Positions 51,480 to 64,000 of a stretch of 64,000 nt of DNA are shown piece by piece. Source of the stretch: Ancylonema sp. (Eukaryota); assembly GCA_050230475.1 (NCBI GenBank), contig JBFLGF010000173.1, positions 1 to 64,000 on the forward strand, in the 5' to 3' direction. Under the pieces are notes generated by a model. It ran no database searches, had not been told where the DNA came from, and saw nothing but the letters and a program-made list of their open reading frames with translations. The translations under genes were made by a program, and so were the position numbers. Positions within the stretch are counted from its first letter, which is position 1, and each line of letters starts with the position of its first letter.

Positions 51480-54400
51480 GCGTGCGAAAAGCCGCGTCAA
51501 TTGTACTAAAGCAAAGAGTCGCATTTCTGAACTGCCAGCTTCCGCTGTCGGTTTACGCTGTCTAAATCTCAACATGCTCTTTTGCAAATCGTTATCCTGT
51601 TGCAATATCTGTGAATTCGTGTATTCTGGAATCGTTTAATCTATCGCTATCAAGTGTGTCGTTTCGCTTTTAATATTCCTTGTAATTCTCTGCAAGCTTC
51701 GCGTCGCTTCATTACTCGTTTGCTTGTACGTGTTGTCGCATCTTAAGTAACTGAAAAGCCGTGTGCCGTTTTGCATACGCATTGTGTGAAATTATGCCGT
51801 AGTCAGAATGATCGTTACCCTTGCAATATCGTGACCTTTGCAAGTTGTTGATTTCGAGCCGTTTTGCAGGCGTCAGAAATCGTTACAAGTTCGCTGCACC
51901 GTTTCGTGCAAGCTGAGCCAAATAATTCACCCTTCGAATTGTCTGCACCCGTTACTAAATTCGTGATTCGTTTATTCACCGCAACGCTTGATTTATCGTG
52001 TCCATAATCGTGTGCGTATTTTGAAGCATCTAATCATCAATCATTCTGCAATCCTTGTATAAATTCTTTAGTTATTTACCTTGAATCCCATCACCAGTAG
52101 CTGTCGCGTATTGTGAAGTGATGTGTTAAGCGATTCTCGATTAACCTCGATATTGTTTTACTAGACCTCCCATTACTTTGCGTTGGGTTTTTCTCAGCTT
52201 TCGGTGAGTAGTAGCTACGGCAAACTTCGTTGATAAGTCACATACAGCGCTTGAATTACATTATTGTAATGTCATTGGGGACTCAACCTACACCAACTAC
52301 TCTAAACTGACCAGCGGAAGAGCTTCTTTACATCGAGGTCTCCAAGGAAAATTTTACAGAACCCGATTAAATTTGTCCTGATAACCCTTCTCATTGATTG
52401 TTTATCGTATACCATTGCCTCTACAATAACCCAAGGGACACCTATTCAGAAACCCGAGATGGAAACCTACCATCATCATTTCTGGACAACCAAGGCTAGT
52501 GAATCTGAGTATGCTCTGAGTGACATACAATATGAGACAAAACTCTTAAAGCTTGCTACTAATATTTCTGACGACTACAGGATCTACAAATTCGGTCCGC
52601 TACAACTCATGCAGAAGAAAACTAAGGACGAGTTTCGACAACTCCCTCCAGACCTCAAGCGACGCCGCGACGAACATCTGGCGGTCATTCGAGTTCATCG
52701 ACAACGAGAGTGGAATATAATCCAACCATATCATTTCACCATAGACTTGGCGAAAGGTGAGGTAACCTGGAAAATCGGGTGTTTCACCAATTCTAGCGAC
52801 AACTTTTAGCACCTCCAGCAGCACAACCAATCCCGGCATACACCAATACGTCGGTTACGAGTACTACTCAGTACCTGCAAATGACAAAGGAAGAACACCA
52901 AAGGTACGTGCAAGAAGCAGCATATGCCATGGGTTTCGGTATTTTCAACTCACTAATGAGCCAAGAAAAAGTAAAACCACGAGACGAAGCATCGACAGTC
53001 CTCATTAAAAAGGCTGTCACATTCGCACATGTAGTTGCGAGCTATGCACCAAGTCCCATCATCCTCTCACCACCCAAAGGAGAGGAGAAATGTGTGGTTT
53101 AATTTCAACCAAGTCATACATGGCAAGATTGTCCACGAGATCACATGACCAAAGAAGAGTGGAAAAAACTAAAAGCTGGCATTCGAGTGGTTTTGCAGGG
53201 CAGAGTACCAGCAATTCACTCCACGGTCAAACCTGAAAATAGTAAACCAGTCGGAGAGCCAGACGCACGTATTACCACAAATTGGACGGTGCCTGTGATT
53301 GAGAAATACAAACAAATCTTCTTCTTCGAAGGAGTCGAGCCAACGGGAGATATAGTGCTCGATAGTGGGTCAGGAGATTGCATGATCAGCGTCACCATGG
53401 CAAAACAACTCGGCATCACCAAGGCAGATTTAGATATTGGCGAGGAATATCTCGCCTCTTCGGGACAAGCCAACACATCATTGGGTGTAACCAAACGATA
53501 TTATGAGATCACCATTGGACAAGGCAAGTTCAAATCCACACTTCCGGTCCGTCTCACCTTGTCACCCTCAGACAAGTACTCGATTCTTTTTGGCAATAAT
53601 TGCATTAATCCCATTGGCGGGATCGTCGATAGTTGGGGACATAGATTCCACAATCGAGTGGACTTGAAAGTCAAAGGTGACAGAATGGTGTTCGTTCCTA
53701 TCATCACTCATGGGCTCAACGCAACTAAAAAGTTCAACCTCGATACCTTTGAGGTGGCCTACATGAACCAGGGAATTTCAGCAGACACCACATACACCAC
53801 CATGGACACCTTTCTTAAGAACGAAACCATGTTCGCCACAAACGAGGATGAAGATATTCTTGCAAATTTCGAATTCATGGTGTCACAAGAGGGATATGAG
53901 AAATGTTTATCTCGGCAGGTTTATCGCAGAAAAAGGACCTATCGATTTTATTTTTGCAAGGTGGGAGTGCCAAATGGTCAGCAAAGCAGGAAACTAGCAG
54001 GGATATACGGACGAACAATTCCCGTACTTCTTCGATCTGATCCGCTTCATTAACCCACCTGATCAAAGTCCAGCCTTACCCACCCATCTTCGTATTGGAG
54101 AACTCTTACCCTTTTGACGACTTTCCGAAAGGAATCCAAGACACGACAGTCCTCGTCAAGTCATTTCTCGGATACCCAGCAGTTTTCGATGCATGTAGTG
54201 TTGGCACTAACGCTCACAGATTACGATGCCTCTCGACGAATTTCATACCACCTCATATCCTAGAATTGGAAATTCCCGCGGTTCCATTGAAATCCTTGGC
54301 CAAAATTCTGGACAAGAACCATCGACCCACAAGTGTCACCACCAATGACACACCACCCCGCGCGTCGGGGGGGGGGCACCTATCATACCCCCGAGCAGTA

Positions 54401-54830
54401 TCATACATTGCTTTATGACACCAAGGAGCACGAATTCTACGAAAACCACGAATCAGCAGTCACCGTGGATTTTGCTCAACAACAATATCTGAACGGTGCC
54501 ATTCCTTTCACCAAGGAATTGCTTGCAGCCACGGAAGGTAATTTATCGGAGATTGAGAACGACCTTGTTTATCGTCCCGAAGAATTACCACCAACCACAG
54601 CAGAGACAAAGTTTCAATGGAAGATCGGTGACCATCTCACTAGAAAAGGCAGAAGTTTTAGCATTGCTTGAATCCAATCGATATTACCTCGCATTTAGTC
54701 TTGAAGAATTGGGAACTTCTAAAAATACACCTATGGAGTTACCCCTCAACACCACTGGTTCTATTTTCTAAGGATCTCACAAGCTCAGTCAGACAGAATG
54801 GGACTTCGTGGAATCCAATTGTAAACAAAC
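51480..54830 (+). mobile_element. Gypsy-like retrotransposon: probable LTR (~51480-52332), gag, protease, DNMT3-like methyltransferase (~53910-54330), start of RT; degenerate and truncated by a MITE
   Basis: Protease VLDSGSGDCMIS. MTase EKGPIDFIFARWECQMVSKAG, IFVLENS and FDACSVGTNAHRLR. RT lead-in LAFSLEELG...HKLSQTEWDFV. Confidence 0.8.
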
Positions 54831-54831
54831 T

Positions 54832-56106
54832 TCATGGCGAGTTTCTGCAGAAAAAAATTATTTTTCCGATATTTTTCGTGCCAAATAACCCCTCAAAAAT
54901 ACGTTCAAGTGAAAAAAAACCAGAAATCCTCCGGTTCCGAACCGCGGCCACTTTTGTCGGAACCGGTTCCATCTAAGATCCGGTTCGGAAACGGTTCGGA
55001 GTTCGTGCAACTATGCTTAATACTCCCTACTCATACTCCATCACTACCTACTCTTCACCACTCCGGTATGATAGTTTGTCTACACGGCCGTCATTTGGAG
55101 CCAAAACATCCTCCGCCTCTTTCACCGGAGGGTTCCACCCATAGTTGCACGAACTCCGAACCGTTTCCGAACCAGATCTTAGATCGAACCGGTTCAGAAA
55201 AAATTGGCCGCGGTTCGGAACCGCAGGATTTAGGGAATTTTCACTTAAACGTCATTCTGAGGGGTTGTATGGCACGAAATAAATCGGGAAATAGTTTTTT
55301 TTGGTGTAACTCGTCATGCTCTTTGCAAAACAAATATTGAACAAATGATATCTATTGTAAAATATCTCAAAACGATTTACCGCATGAGTAAGTATTGTAT
55401 TGTTTGGTGCATTTGTATGTTTTGCTCGCTTCTTTGTAAACTGTGTTTCTATTTATATACAAGTAGTTACATGAAATAGTCATATCTTTTTATGATCATC
55501 CTATGCTCATCTCTGTTCCATAATTTTTTCCTTATTCCGATTTCCGTATTATACTTCCATGTGAAAAAAATTCGAGAAGATGTTTTTACTCGTAATTCAA
55601 TTGCAGTTGACATATGCTTCAACCTTCCATGTATTTCTTTTTCAAATCGTGCTCTCAAAGTTCTATCACTAGAGCAAGAAGCTCTAACACTCTCAAAGCT
55701 CTATATTGACTTCATTATTATACTCTTCTCCTATACCTTCCACATCCCTTGCTTCTTTAAAGCCGGATGTGTGTGCTAGAGTGGAAGGTCGGGTGCTGTT
55801 TTCGGCCAAGGAAATCGCACCACGTCATGGCATGACGCGAGCGAAAGCAAATCAAAAATTTCAATGGCCGCGCCATACTGTCCCGATGTAACATTTAACA
55901 ATTTTTGCGTATTTAAGTGATGTGAAGTCACCAACATGAAGATGTACAACGTTATATTTTCTCTGCGTACATTATATGGGAGGGAAAAAATGTTGCACCG
56001 CGGGAAGGAGCTAAACCCTAAAAATCACAACGTTTGTCTGGTTCGGAAACTGTTCCATCTCGGAACCGGTTCCCCAAAAAAAAATCTGCCGGTTCGTGGA
56101 ACTATG
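54832..56106. mobile_element. Two adjacent CATAGTT-type MITEs (GAACCGG motif) forming a ~180-bp inverted repeat (54832-55015 / 55140-55320)
   Basis: ...GTGCAACTATG at 55015, CATAGTTGCAC at 55140 and ...GGAACTATG at 56106. Confidence 0.65.
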
Positions 56107-56701
56107 ATAGTAAGTGAAGATATTTGCATTTTTACACGCATGTTGCGGTTATTCGGTTGTAACATACTTTTCGGGATTTTGAAAGGTGTATCGGAAATAA
56201 AAAATCTCGTAAACTCTATGTTGTTTATCATGTTTGCTTGTGCATGGTGCAAAAATGAAAGAAAATTGTACACCTTCATAATTTCCCGACATGTCGATTT
56301 CCCCCCGAAAAGCAACAAAAGACGATCGATTGGGTCGCTACCAGACCACGATTGAACTTGGTCGACCGAGATCCAGCCACATGTATTTTGAGCAAAAAAC
56401 GAATAAAATCGATTTTATGATGTTGACCCACTACGCTAAATTTTGGAATGTATGGCGTGACCCAACCCCAAAAAATAAATTATTTAATTCGACCCGATCC
56501 ACCCTTTAAATAATTGTCTGCGGATCAATATGTATGGCCAGTACGGTATTGAAAAAATCGTGAGTAGTTCCGAAACAAGCATCGGATGGTATGTCTTATC
56601 CGTGCCTTTCAACAATATCCGTTGGGTCTTAACGATATAACAACTTTGATCACTTTTTTTGCTAGCAAGCCTAACTTCAGATTGGAACCTTATATTTCAA
56701 C

Positions 56702-56936
56702 CATAGTTGGGCACATGTGCGCATCGCGCACATGTTCCCAACATGTACGCATCGCGCACCTTGTGGAAAAATCCACATTTGGAATTTTGACTAAGGTAAA
56801 AGCCGCCGCTTCTAGTAGCTCATAGTAGCCGCAATTTTTCAATGTATTCTTCCTAGTTGGGCGCACACATGTGCGCGAGATTGAGCGCACATGTTCCGAA
56901 TATGTGCGCAATTTTAGTTGTGCGTGCCCAACTATA
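56702..56936. mobile_element. hAT-type MITE (GCGCACATGT motif)
   Basis: TIR CATAGTTGGGCAC / GTGCCCAACTATA. Flanks ATTTCAAC / GTTTCAGC match 6 of 8. Confidence 0.65.
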
Positions 56937-59079
56937 GTTTCAGCCGTAGTTGGCCGCATACTGTTAGTGGCGGATGCAAAAACGTCCCTAGCAAGCAAGT
57001 TGCAAAATGCACACAAGCAACACGATGGCGAAAGGCCGGATAGGACAAGATGGCATGAGCTGGATGGAAGGGCTGTATTGGTATGATGACAACTCAAGAT
57101 GAGTGCATGTACATGAGTTGATAGGAATGCTGACGTGCTGTTTGAAGTCGGCCGCCCGGAATGATGTTCTCAATACTCTGTCACAATTGTAATCGAATGT
57201 TTCTCAGAATGATGCATGTGATAATGCTCGTGGTAGTGTAGCGATGATGTCGACTCGGTTGGTATCGATGATGTTCGTAGGTGGTAGAAGGGTCTCTGGT
57301 GGACTTAGTGATTCGGTTGCTCTCACTGAGTTGTATTGCAGATTGAGTCTGTGCTGAGATGTCAATATTATATATATCACACGTCTCAGCGGTCTGGTGA
57401 AATTCACTACTTAACACTGAGGGCAAGCTAACAAATAGTTTACAATAGAAAAGTGTGAGAAATTAATGTAAAACAAACAAGAAAGTCTGGTGGAGACTAT
57501 CAAGGTTAACAACTGTAAGAGTTACTTTCGGTGCGAAAGCAAAGTATCGACGGCGCGTCGATAAAAAATGCTGGATCAGAAAGAGCGTCAGCACACAGGT
57601 ATAAACAACAGATGCTGGCTTGGAGCGAGCGACATCAAACACACACACACACACAAATGAAATTGCCGGTTCGGAGCGAACGCAGGCAAATCGACAAATG
57701 CTTTACACACACACGCACGCTTGCTGGCTCAGAGAGAGCGTCAACGAATCGATGTAAGAAATTACAGTCGATAGCAAGGCTGGCTCAGTAAGAGCGTCAG
57801 CAACAGATTTAGATGAATCACGAATACACACACACATAGATTTCAAAGAATGAATTGCAAACTTACCGTCTGGCTGACGGATGTCAGGCTGAGACGAAAG
57901 ACGAGCACGTTGCGAAGTCGCGAAAGCAAAGGGATGCAATATTCACACGAATTGCAAGGATTCAGATAACACACAAAAAGATGGTTGAAAGAGATTTCTT
58001 AACAGCGCACTCTAATAGCGGAAGCTGGCAGATCTGAAAGTACAATTGACCTTTATCTCAAAGTTTGTTGCGCGGTGCTAACCAACATAGTTAACGAGAG
58101 TGAAGCTATCGAAGATAACGACAGGCTGGCTTCTAGAACATTACAATTAATCTCGACGCTACAATGAAACGGCGCGAGACATTACTGTATTTCTACGGCT
58201 GGATTTATTCGCCGGGATTATCGACAAGTCGAAAGTGACTTGTGATTTAACAAAAATCGACACGCAGCTATTTGTTGAAGACTGCTGGATTCTAGACTTC
58301 GGAAAATACGCCCCGCGTTCTTTTCGAGTCGTACAAATTTCGTACTTCACTATTTTTCTTGTAAAGTACTAGTTTTAAAAAGTCGTTATATCGAATACTC
58401 TCGTTATAGAGGAGTATTAATCTAGAGGGGTTTCTGATCAATCTAGAGGGGTTTTGCCTTAGCGATCTCTAGCGTCATGACAATGCTCTAGAGGCATTTC
58501 TATCGGCTAGATATGGGAAAGTCGGCCCTAGCCGACTCTAGGAACAATGTGGGATAACTAACTCAAAGTCGGCTAAGTACACAACAAAATCTCGCTAAAG
58601 GCACAACTGCCATGGCTAAGGACACAACATAATTCTCCCTAGGGGCCAGGTGGCCGCTAGGGACACAATCTCACTATAAAGGGGGGAAACTCGCGATACG
58701 GAAATATGTGCTAGTAGTGTTAGGACTGCCCCTCTATAGCCACTAGTGTGTCTCTAGAGTGTGCCTCCTACACCATGCTACTAGCCGTAGAGTGCTAGTA
58801 GCGACCTTGTTCTTATAACGAGTGATTGCCCTTAGCTTTCAAGTTTACTCTTATATCGAGTTCAGCCCCTTTATAGTGAGATATCTATCCCTAGCGACTT
58901 TGCCCTTATAACGAGTGTTTGCCCTTAGCTTTCCAATTTACTCTTATATCGAGTTCTAGTTATCCCACTTGTAGTCTTGATTTAGACTTGAACCGATTTC
59001 CTATAGATAGTCCATAAGAATGCCCTCAGAGCATTCCTATCAACTCATGTACTTGCACTTCTAGTGAGTTGCCATAACC

Positions 59080-59712
59080 AACCAAACCAACCATCCAATC
59101 CGGCGCATGCCATCATTACCTTTCCGGCCATTTCGCCATCATAGCCTTGAGTGCACTTGTAATTGATATTGCTAGAGCCGTCCTTTTGACGCCTCTCACA
59201 CTTTGATAGGAATTAAAACTTTGGAGTTCACATTAATAGACGTTCTTCATTGTGACTTCATTCTTGGAGTTTGCCTCCTTCACACCCGGTGATCGATTTT
59301 CACCATCAAAATCGGCCATTTTCGGCTTCGGCTTATGCCAGTTTCGAAAGTCACTTTAGCTTCATGGATGCTTCAAACATGCACATGTTTCCTAGCCAAG
59401 TTCTTTGTCAGAAGCTCCGGGATGTGCAAGAATGTATTGCAAAGTATGTGGACACGCGTTATGAATCGGACTCAACCAATCATTTCAATACATAGCTCCT
59501 GATGTTTGAAGCTCAATTAATGGCGGCTCTGAAGGCAAAATACAAGGGGGCGGCTGCTACTGATGCTACACCTTCTAATCCCGGTCACCTAGTGTTAGAG
59601 GCGTCAAAAGGGCGGCTCTAGCAATATCAATTGCAAGTCCACTCAAGGCTATGATGACGAAATGGCCGGAATGGTTATGATGGCATGAGCCGGATTGGTT
59701 GATTTGGTGTTA
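59080..59712. repeat. ~120-bp inverted repeat around a ~390-bp spacer
   Basis: 59094-59202 is the reverse complement of 59591-59698 with scattered mismatches. Confidence 0.85.
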
Positions 59713-61120
59713 AACGACATTCGAGTATGTTTATGTTTGTCTTGGTGGTAGCATTTAACTATGTTTGATAGTACAAACGCAAATTGTTTTGGGTTCGGGT
59801 TCGGGTTTGGATTCGGCATCTTACGCGGACGGGTTCGGACCACCCGGATGTGAGTTGGCATGCGGTTGGCCATCCAGGCGACCAAACGGTTTGGGATAGG
59901 CGCCGCGTGGATACGCGGTCGGCCACAGCGAGCTAGCGGGGAGGTAACAACCTCAAATTTCGCACCAACACATGTTTGGAACATGTTGATATTGGACAAC
60001 GATACAAGCTCAATGTTGCGGCAACGTTGTGGATATTGTTGCCGTGTAGTACCTTTCATACCGGCAATCGGCATTGGGCTTTTCACACATCGCTTTTTCA
60101 TCGGGTCTTGTAGCACAACAATGTTTTGGGCAGGAAGAGAAGAGATTGTTGAGGTGGCGCTTTGTAATGGGGTTGTACAAAAGTTCGTGGCCTCGCAGCT
60201 TATAACGGGCATATATTGGTTGGACATAGATGGTGATGTGGGTCGGGGGAATGGATGTGAAGCAACTTTACATGGCATGTCCTACGAGTGGATGTGAGTG
60301 AGGACTACTACCGGCTTCGATATTTGTAGCTCCCTCTCTCTTAAAGCGTGACAAGCGAGAAGCATCTAGACATTGCGCCATGTGAGAGGCGTCTGAGGAA
60401 GTTAGAAGGTACACGAGGTGGCGCGGGATATGTACTATCGTATGTGCTCTCTACTTAGGCCACCTCGGGGTTGGACATGCGGGGACGGATGTGGAAGGAG
60501 GAAACGGTGGGCGAATGAATGGAAAAAGCCAAGGTACAATGATTAGTGATTGTGGCTCTTCATGAATGGCGTCATTGATAACATGTGTTATCAGCCCAAA
60601 TGCCTTCAATTACATATTGGTGGTTCACAATTCAAAGAAATTCAGGCATTGTACAATACAACCATTCACCCGGATTTGACGGGTGTACATGAGCACTCTT
60701 GGTTGGTTACATAAATTTACAAAAAAAGCCGAACCGGTTCCCGTCCTCTTTCACCTACTTTCAGAACCGTTGTTGAGAGGACAACATGCCTGAGTCGGTC
60801 ATTTTGCATCTCCTTCTAATCCAGATTCTTCGGATGTTACCAATCTCGAAGACTACATAAACACACCAATGGCAATCAACATCAAGACGACGTGAAATCG
60901 CACACACAATGACCTAAATGAACAATTTCGAATGCATTTAATTAGAGAGATTACCGCCACCATTCATGAAGGTATGAGGTCAACAAGATTCACAAGAGGC
61001 AAGTCAACAAGAAGAGGCCTCAAAAAAAAAAAACATCATTGCGTCCCATCTCAAAACGTAGTTACCACACTGGCCATATGATTGCAATTTGTACCACCCT
61101 TAGTGGCACTCGTGATATAT

Positions 61121-62080
61121 TTAGGTGAGCACTTGCTCCAATTCAACAACCACGTGTCCTTCAACGGGTTCGTTCTCCCCTCTCCGCTCCGACCCCTTCC
61201 AAAACCAGATCCCCCCGGTGCCAACTCTAAACTCCATCGCAAACCTTCGGATCCCTTGAAGGACACCCCTTCCCCCCATTCCGACTTCTATGTCGTCCTC
61301 TCTCTCACCACTCCTCGAGAATATACTAGACATAGATGGGAAAGAGGGGGAGGGGGAAGCCGAGGCGGAAGGGGATGGGGTCGGAGAGAGGTTATGATTT
61401 CGACCTGGACTAGGAATTCCCCATCGCTCTGTACGCTCTCTTCTCTCGCCTACCGGGTGCTTCAAAGTTTTGGGGCTTCGTATTATTTTGGGGGTCCTCG
61501 GGGAAAGATGCGATACAGATTTCGTCTCTCTTTGGGAAGGGCCATAGTGCTGCAGATTGGAGTCGGGTGGGAAGGAAACGGAGATGTCACCCCCCCCTTC
61601 TCCCTCATCTTCACTTTGATTGCGAAAAGGAGAAGGCCGGTGACTCAGCTCCCCGCCAGATGGAGTTGTTGAGGGTGTTGGGAAAGGGTCTGTCGTGGGA
61701 GACTTGAGGAGGATCTGGTCGGAGGCATCGGAAAAGTTTACTTCGGCGTCTTTAAAAACGTCCACAGGCTGCATAACGGGACAGGAGAGCCACATAAAAA
61801 CAATCTGTTAGCGGTCCACATTCATGGCCACAACAGGTGGGACAGACCCCACTGTGCACAAATGGTAACCCCAGCACAGAGCCCCAGCGATTAGGTGTAC
61901 TTTTGCCACAGGCCACAGGTGACGGCTCCAGAGCGCAATGAATCATCCACTTACTCCGTATTGATGCCTGACACTTATCCCCCCCTCGCCGCACCACACG
62001 ACCAGCACTCCAACAATGACCGGGCACACGCAGCAACACGGTCCCGCTCCGCAGCACAAAATCGAACCGTATTCTGCCAT
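61121..62080 (-). CDS. Possible host gene of unknown function: Cys-rich hydrophobic first exon plus Ser/Pro-rich exon
   Basis: MAEYGSILCCGAGPCCCVCPVIVGVLVV from 62080 and a 224-codon open frame at 61121-61795 with genic GC and G/C-run composition. Splicing is unresolved. Confidence 0.3.
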
Positions 62081-62766
62081 GACACCTCGCTTGTCTCGAG
62101 ACTTCCACGTCTACTCTTTTCAAATCTCGCGGCAATGTCCACCTCGATGTATCAGAGCAAAAAACTGGTGCAATTGAGAACAGATCTCCGAGTTCCCAGG
62201 CTATAAATAGATATTCGAATTCCCAGGGGATAGTCGTCGAGTTCCCAGGTCACGTGCCCCACATATGACCATCAAGAAGTGACTCGTGTTTTTTACAAAG
62301 AGCTGCCACTCAACTATTGTGTACGTCTCTCATACGTGACACACTACAGCGGAGGTTGGAGTACCTGGACCCTGCCTGAACAGTTAACATCCGACTCGAG
62401 GGCCCCCGGCCTACAGATGTCTCATATCAGCAGACTGCAGATAGGGAGATACTTAAGTTTGTTGGCTCTCACTGCTGCAAGAAACACATATATCGCGCTG
62501 AAGTGTACTTTCGTCCAAACACACACTCGCTTCGCATTGGCTGGTCATAGTGCGGCTCAGAGCTGGTACAGACACCGTGCTTTCTGCCTACCATTTCCTA
62601 CATTCGGTCCTCTCCTCCTACGTGCTTTGAAAGTATCCTGGTCTTTGAAGTCCAGAAAGCCGTGCAATCATGACGATCGACATCACCGTACAGATCTACT
62701 TGCGTCGTGGCTCACGTGGCTGACACTAGATCGGTCATGTGGACCACATGATGTGGAATATTTGTG

Positions 62767-63601
62767 GGGTAGCGTTATTCGCTCTCTCACCAAAAACACT
62801 ATTCGCACTCCAGGCGCAAATTTTACAGTTTTGCCAAATTCGATTGATAAATTACCGCTGTAACGCGAACAAATACACGGAATCCCACGGCCTCTCCCGA
62901 TACTACACGACTGCCCGCTGAATATCCAATTCAACACGTTATAAATCTCGTGTGGTTCATCTCCCGCTACTGCGGGTTCACGCCCGCCATTGCCCCCTCC
63001 TTCTGCCCTCACCCGCTGAATCGCTGCCACGAATTGATCGCATCGCGTGCATGCATCTCCATTCTCAGAAAATTTACGATAGATCGGTTGCTATGACTTG
63101 AAAGTATTGGCATTTAAAACAAAAAAAAATCAACAAACAAATCTTTTACTCTTCGCGTGCATTTTTGCTTGAAATATCATTTCGTAAATATTTATTATTC
63201 TGGTATCAGAAACTTGCGCCGTAACAAAATAATTGAAGCTATTGACGCCAGAATGTCAGCGGACATCTCCGCTGTGAATTTTAATTTGAATCGGCGAAGA
63301 GCGGATAAATCGTGCATTGCGGATGACGACAGCCCGGAGTGAAAGGGAAGACGGAGACGGGGGGTGCTGTCCAGCCGAAAACGAGAGGGAGAGGAGGCTA
63401 CCAGACATTTCATGTCGTTTCGCTGATGTGGCACACGCACGTGCTAAACAGTAACAACAGAAATTGCTGCAAGGGGATGCGCGTGCGCCGGGTCAATTGT
63501 TCGCGTACAGCGAATATTTGTCGATCGGCAGTGGCGAAACCGGTAAAATTTGCGCCTAGAGTGCGAAGAGTATTTTTGGTGGAGTGCGAATAGCACTACC
63601 C
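62767..63601. mobile_element. Non-autonomous Mutator-like element (MULE)
   Basis: ~110-bp imperfect TIRs starting GGGTAG and a perfect 9-bp TSD ATATTTGTG (62758-62766 / 63602-63610). Confidence 0.85.
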
Positions 63602-64000
63602 ATATTTGTGCCCCCTGAATGAAGTGGCGCTCAATCGTGGCCGACAATCGAGGAGTCAAGGTTGCGTTTTGGGCACTGCACAAGGCCGGCGGTAATAGTT
63701 CGATCATTTCTATTCGCTAGAAAATCATCGTTGCCTCCGCCCCGCAACTTTCGCCCCACATCCTTGGCTCCGAGCGTGGATATCCCGAACGGTACTCTGG
63801 GCGACAAAAACATCGCTCGGGGCGGAGCAAACTATGCTGAGAATGCCACCAAGTGGTTTCACTGGTGTGCGCCATCTGTCCCGCAACAAACAAACATTGC
63901 AGTTTCTACTACGGAAAATGAGCATAAATGAATATTCGGTTCATGGCTCGAGAGTAAATCGCTTTTTTCTTTTTCTCTTTTTTACGGAAGTACGAAGACT

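Noticed and set aside
62148..62158. PBS-like GTATCAGAGC
   Set aside because: It lacks the TGG start and has no adjacent LTR.

Overview
Eukaryotic nuclear DNA, most likely from a green plant-lineage alga. A streptophyte alga is inferred from a nuclear plastid-type RF2, pheophytinase, short GT-AG introns and DNMT3-type retrotransposon cargo. The left third is a near-identical ~9 kb duplication (138-9117 vs 12699-21680) of three genes: AP-5 beta, PrfB/RF2 and cardiolipin synthase. Its left end lies inside a Copia LTR and its right end joins a broken Copia gag. Other host genes are a BRAWNIN/UQCC6-like microprotein abutting or overlapping pheophytinase, and an F-box/Kelch gene with a frameshift and an in-frame TGA. 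Most of the rest is scrambled transposons: two Copia LTR families, a Gypsy-like family carrying a DNMT3-like cytosine methyltransferase domain, many hAT-type MITEs with 8-bp TSDs, and a MULE-type element with a 9-bp TSD. The most unusual structure sits directly behind an LTR (28539-28914). It contains a 73-nt tRNA-like cloverleaf antisense to the element, two different tRNAiMet primer-binding sites and two interleaved inverted repeats, and may supply its own primer RNA. All calls come from reading the sequence and recalling family motifs. No searches were run, and splice sites are hand-inferred.
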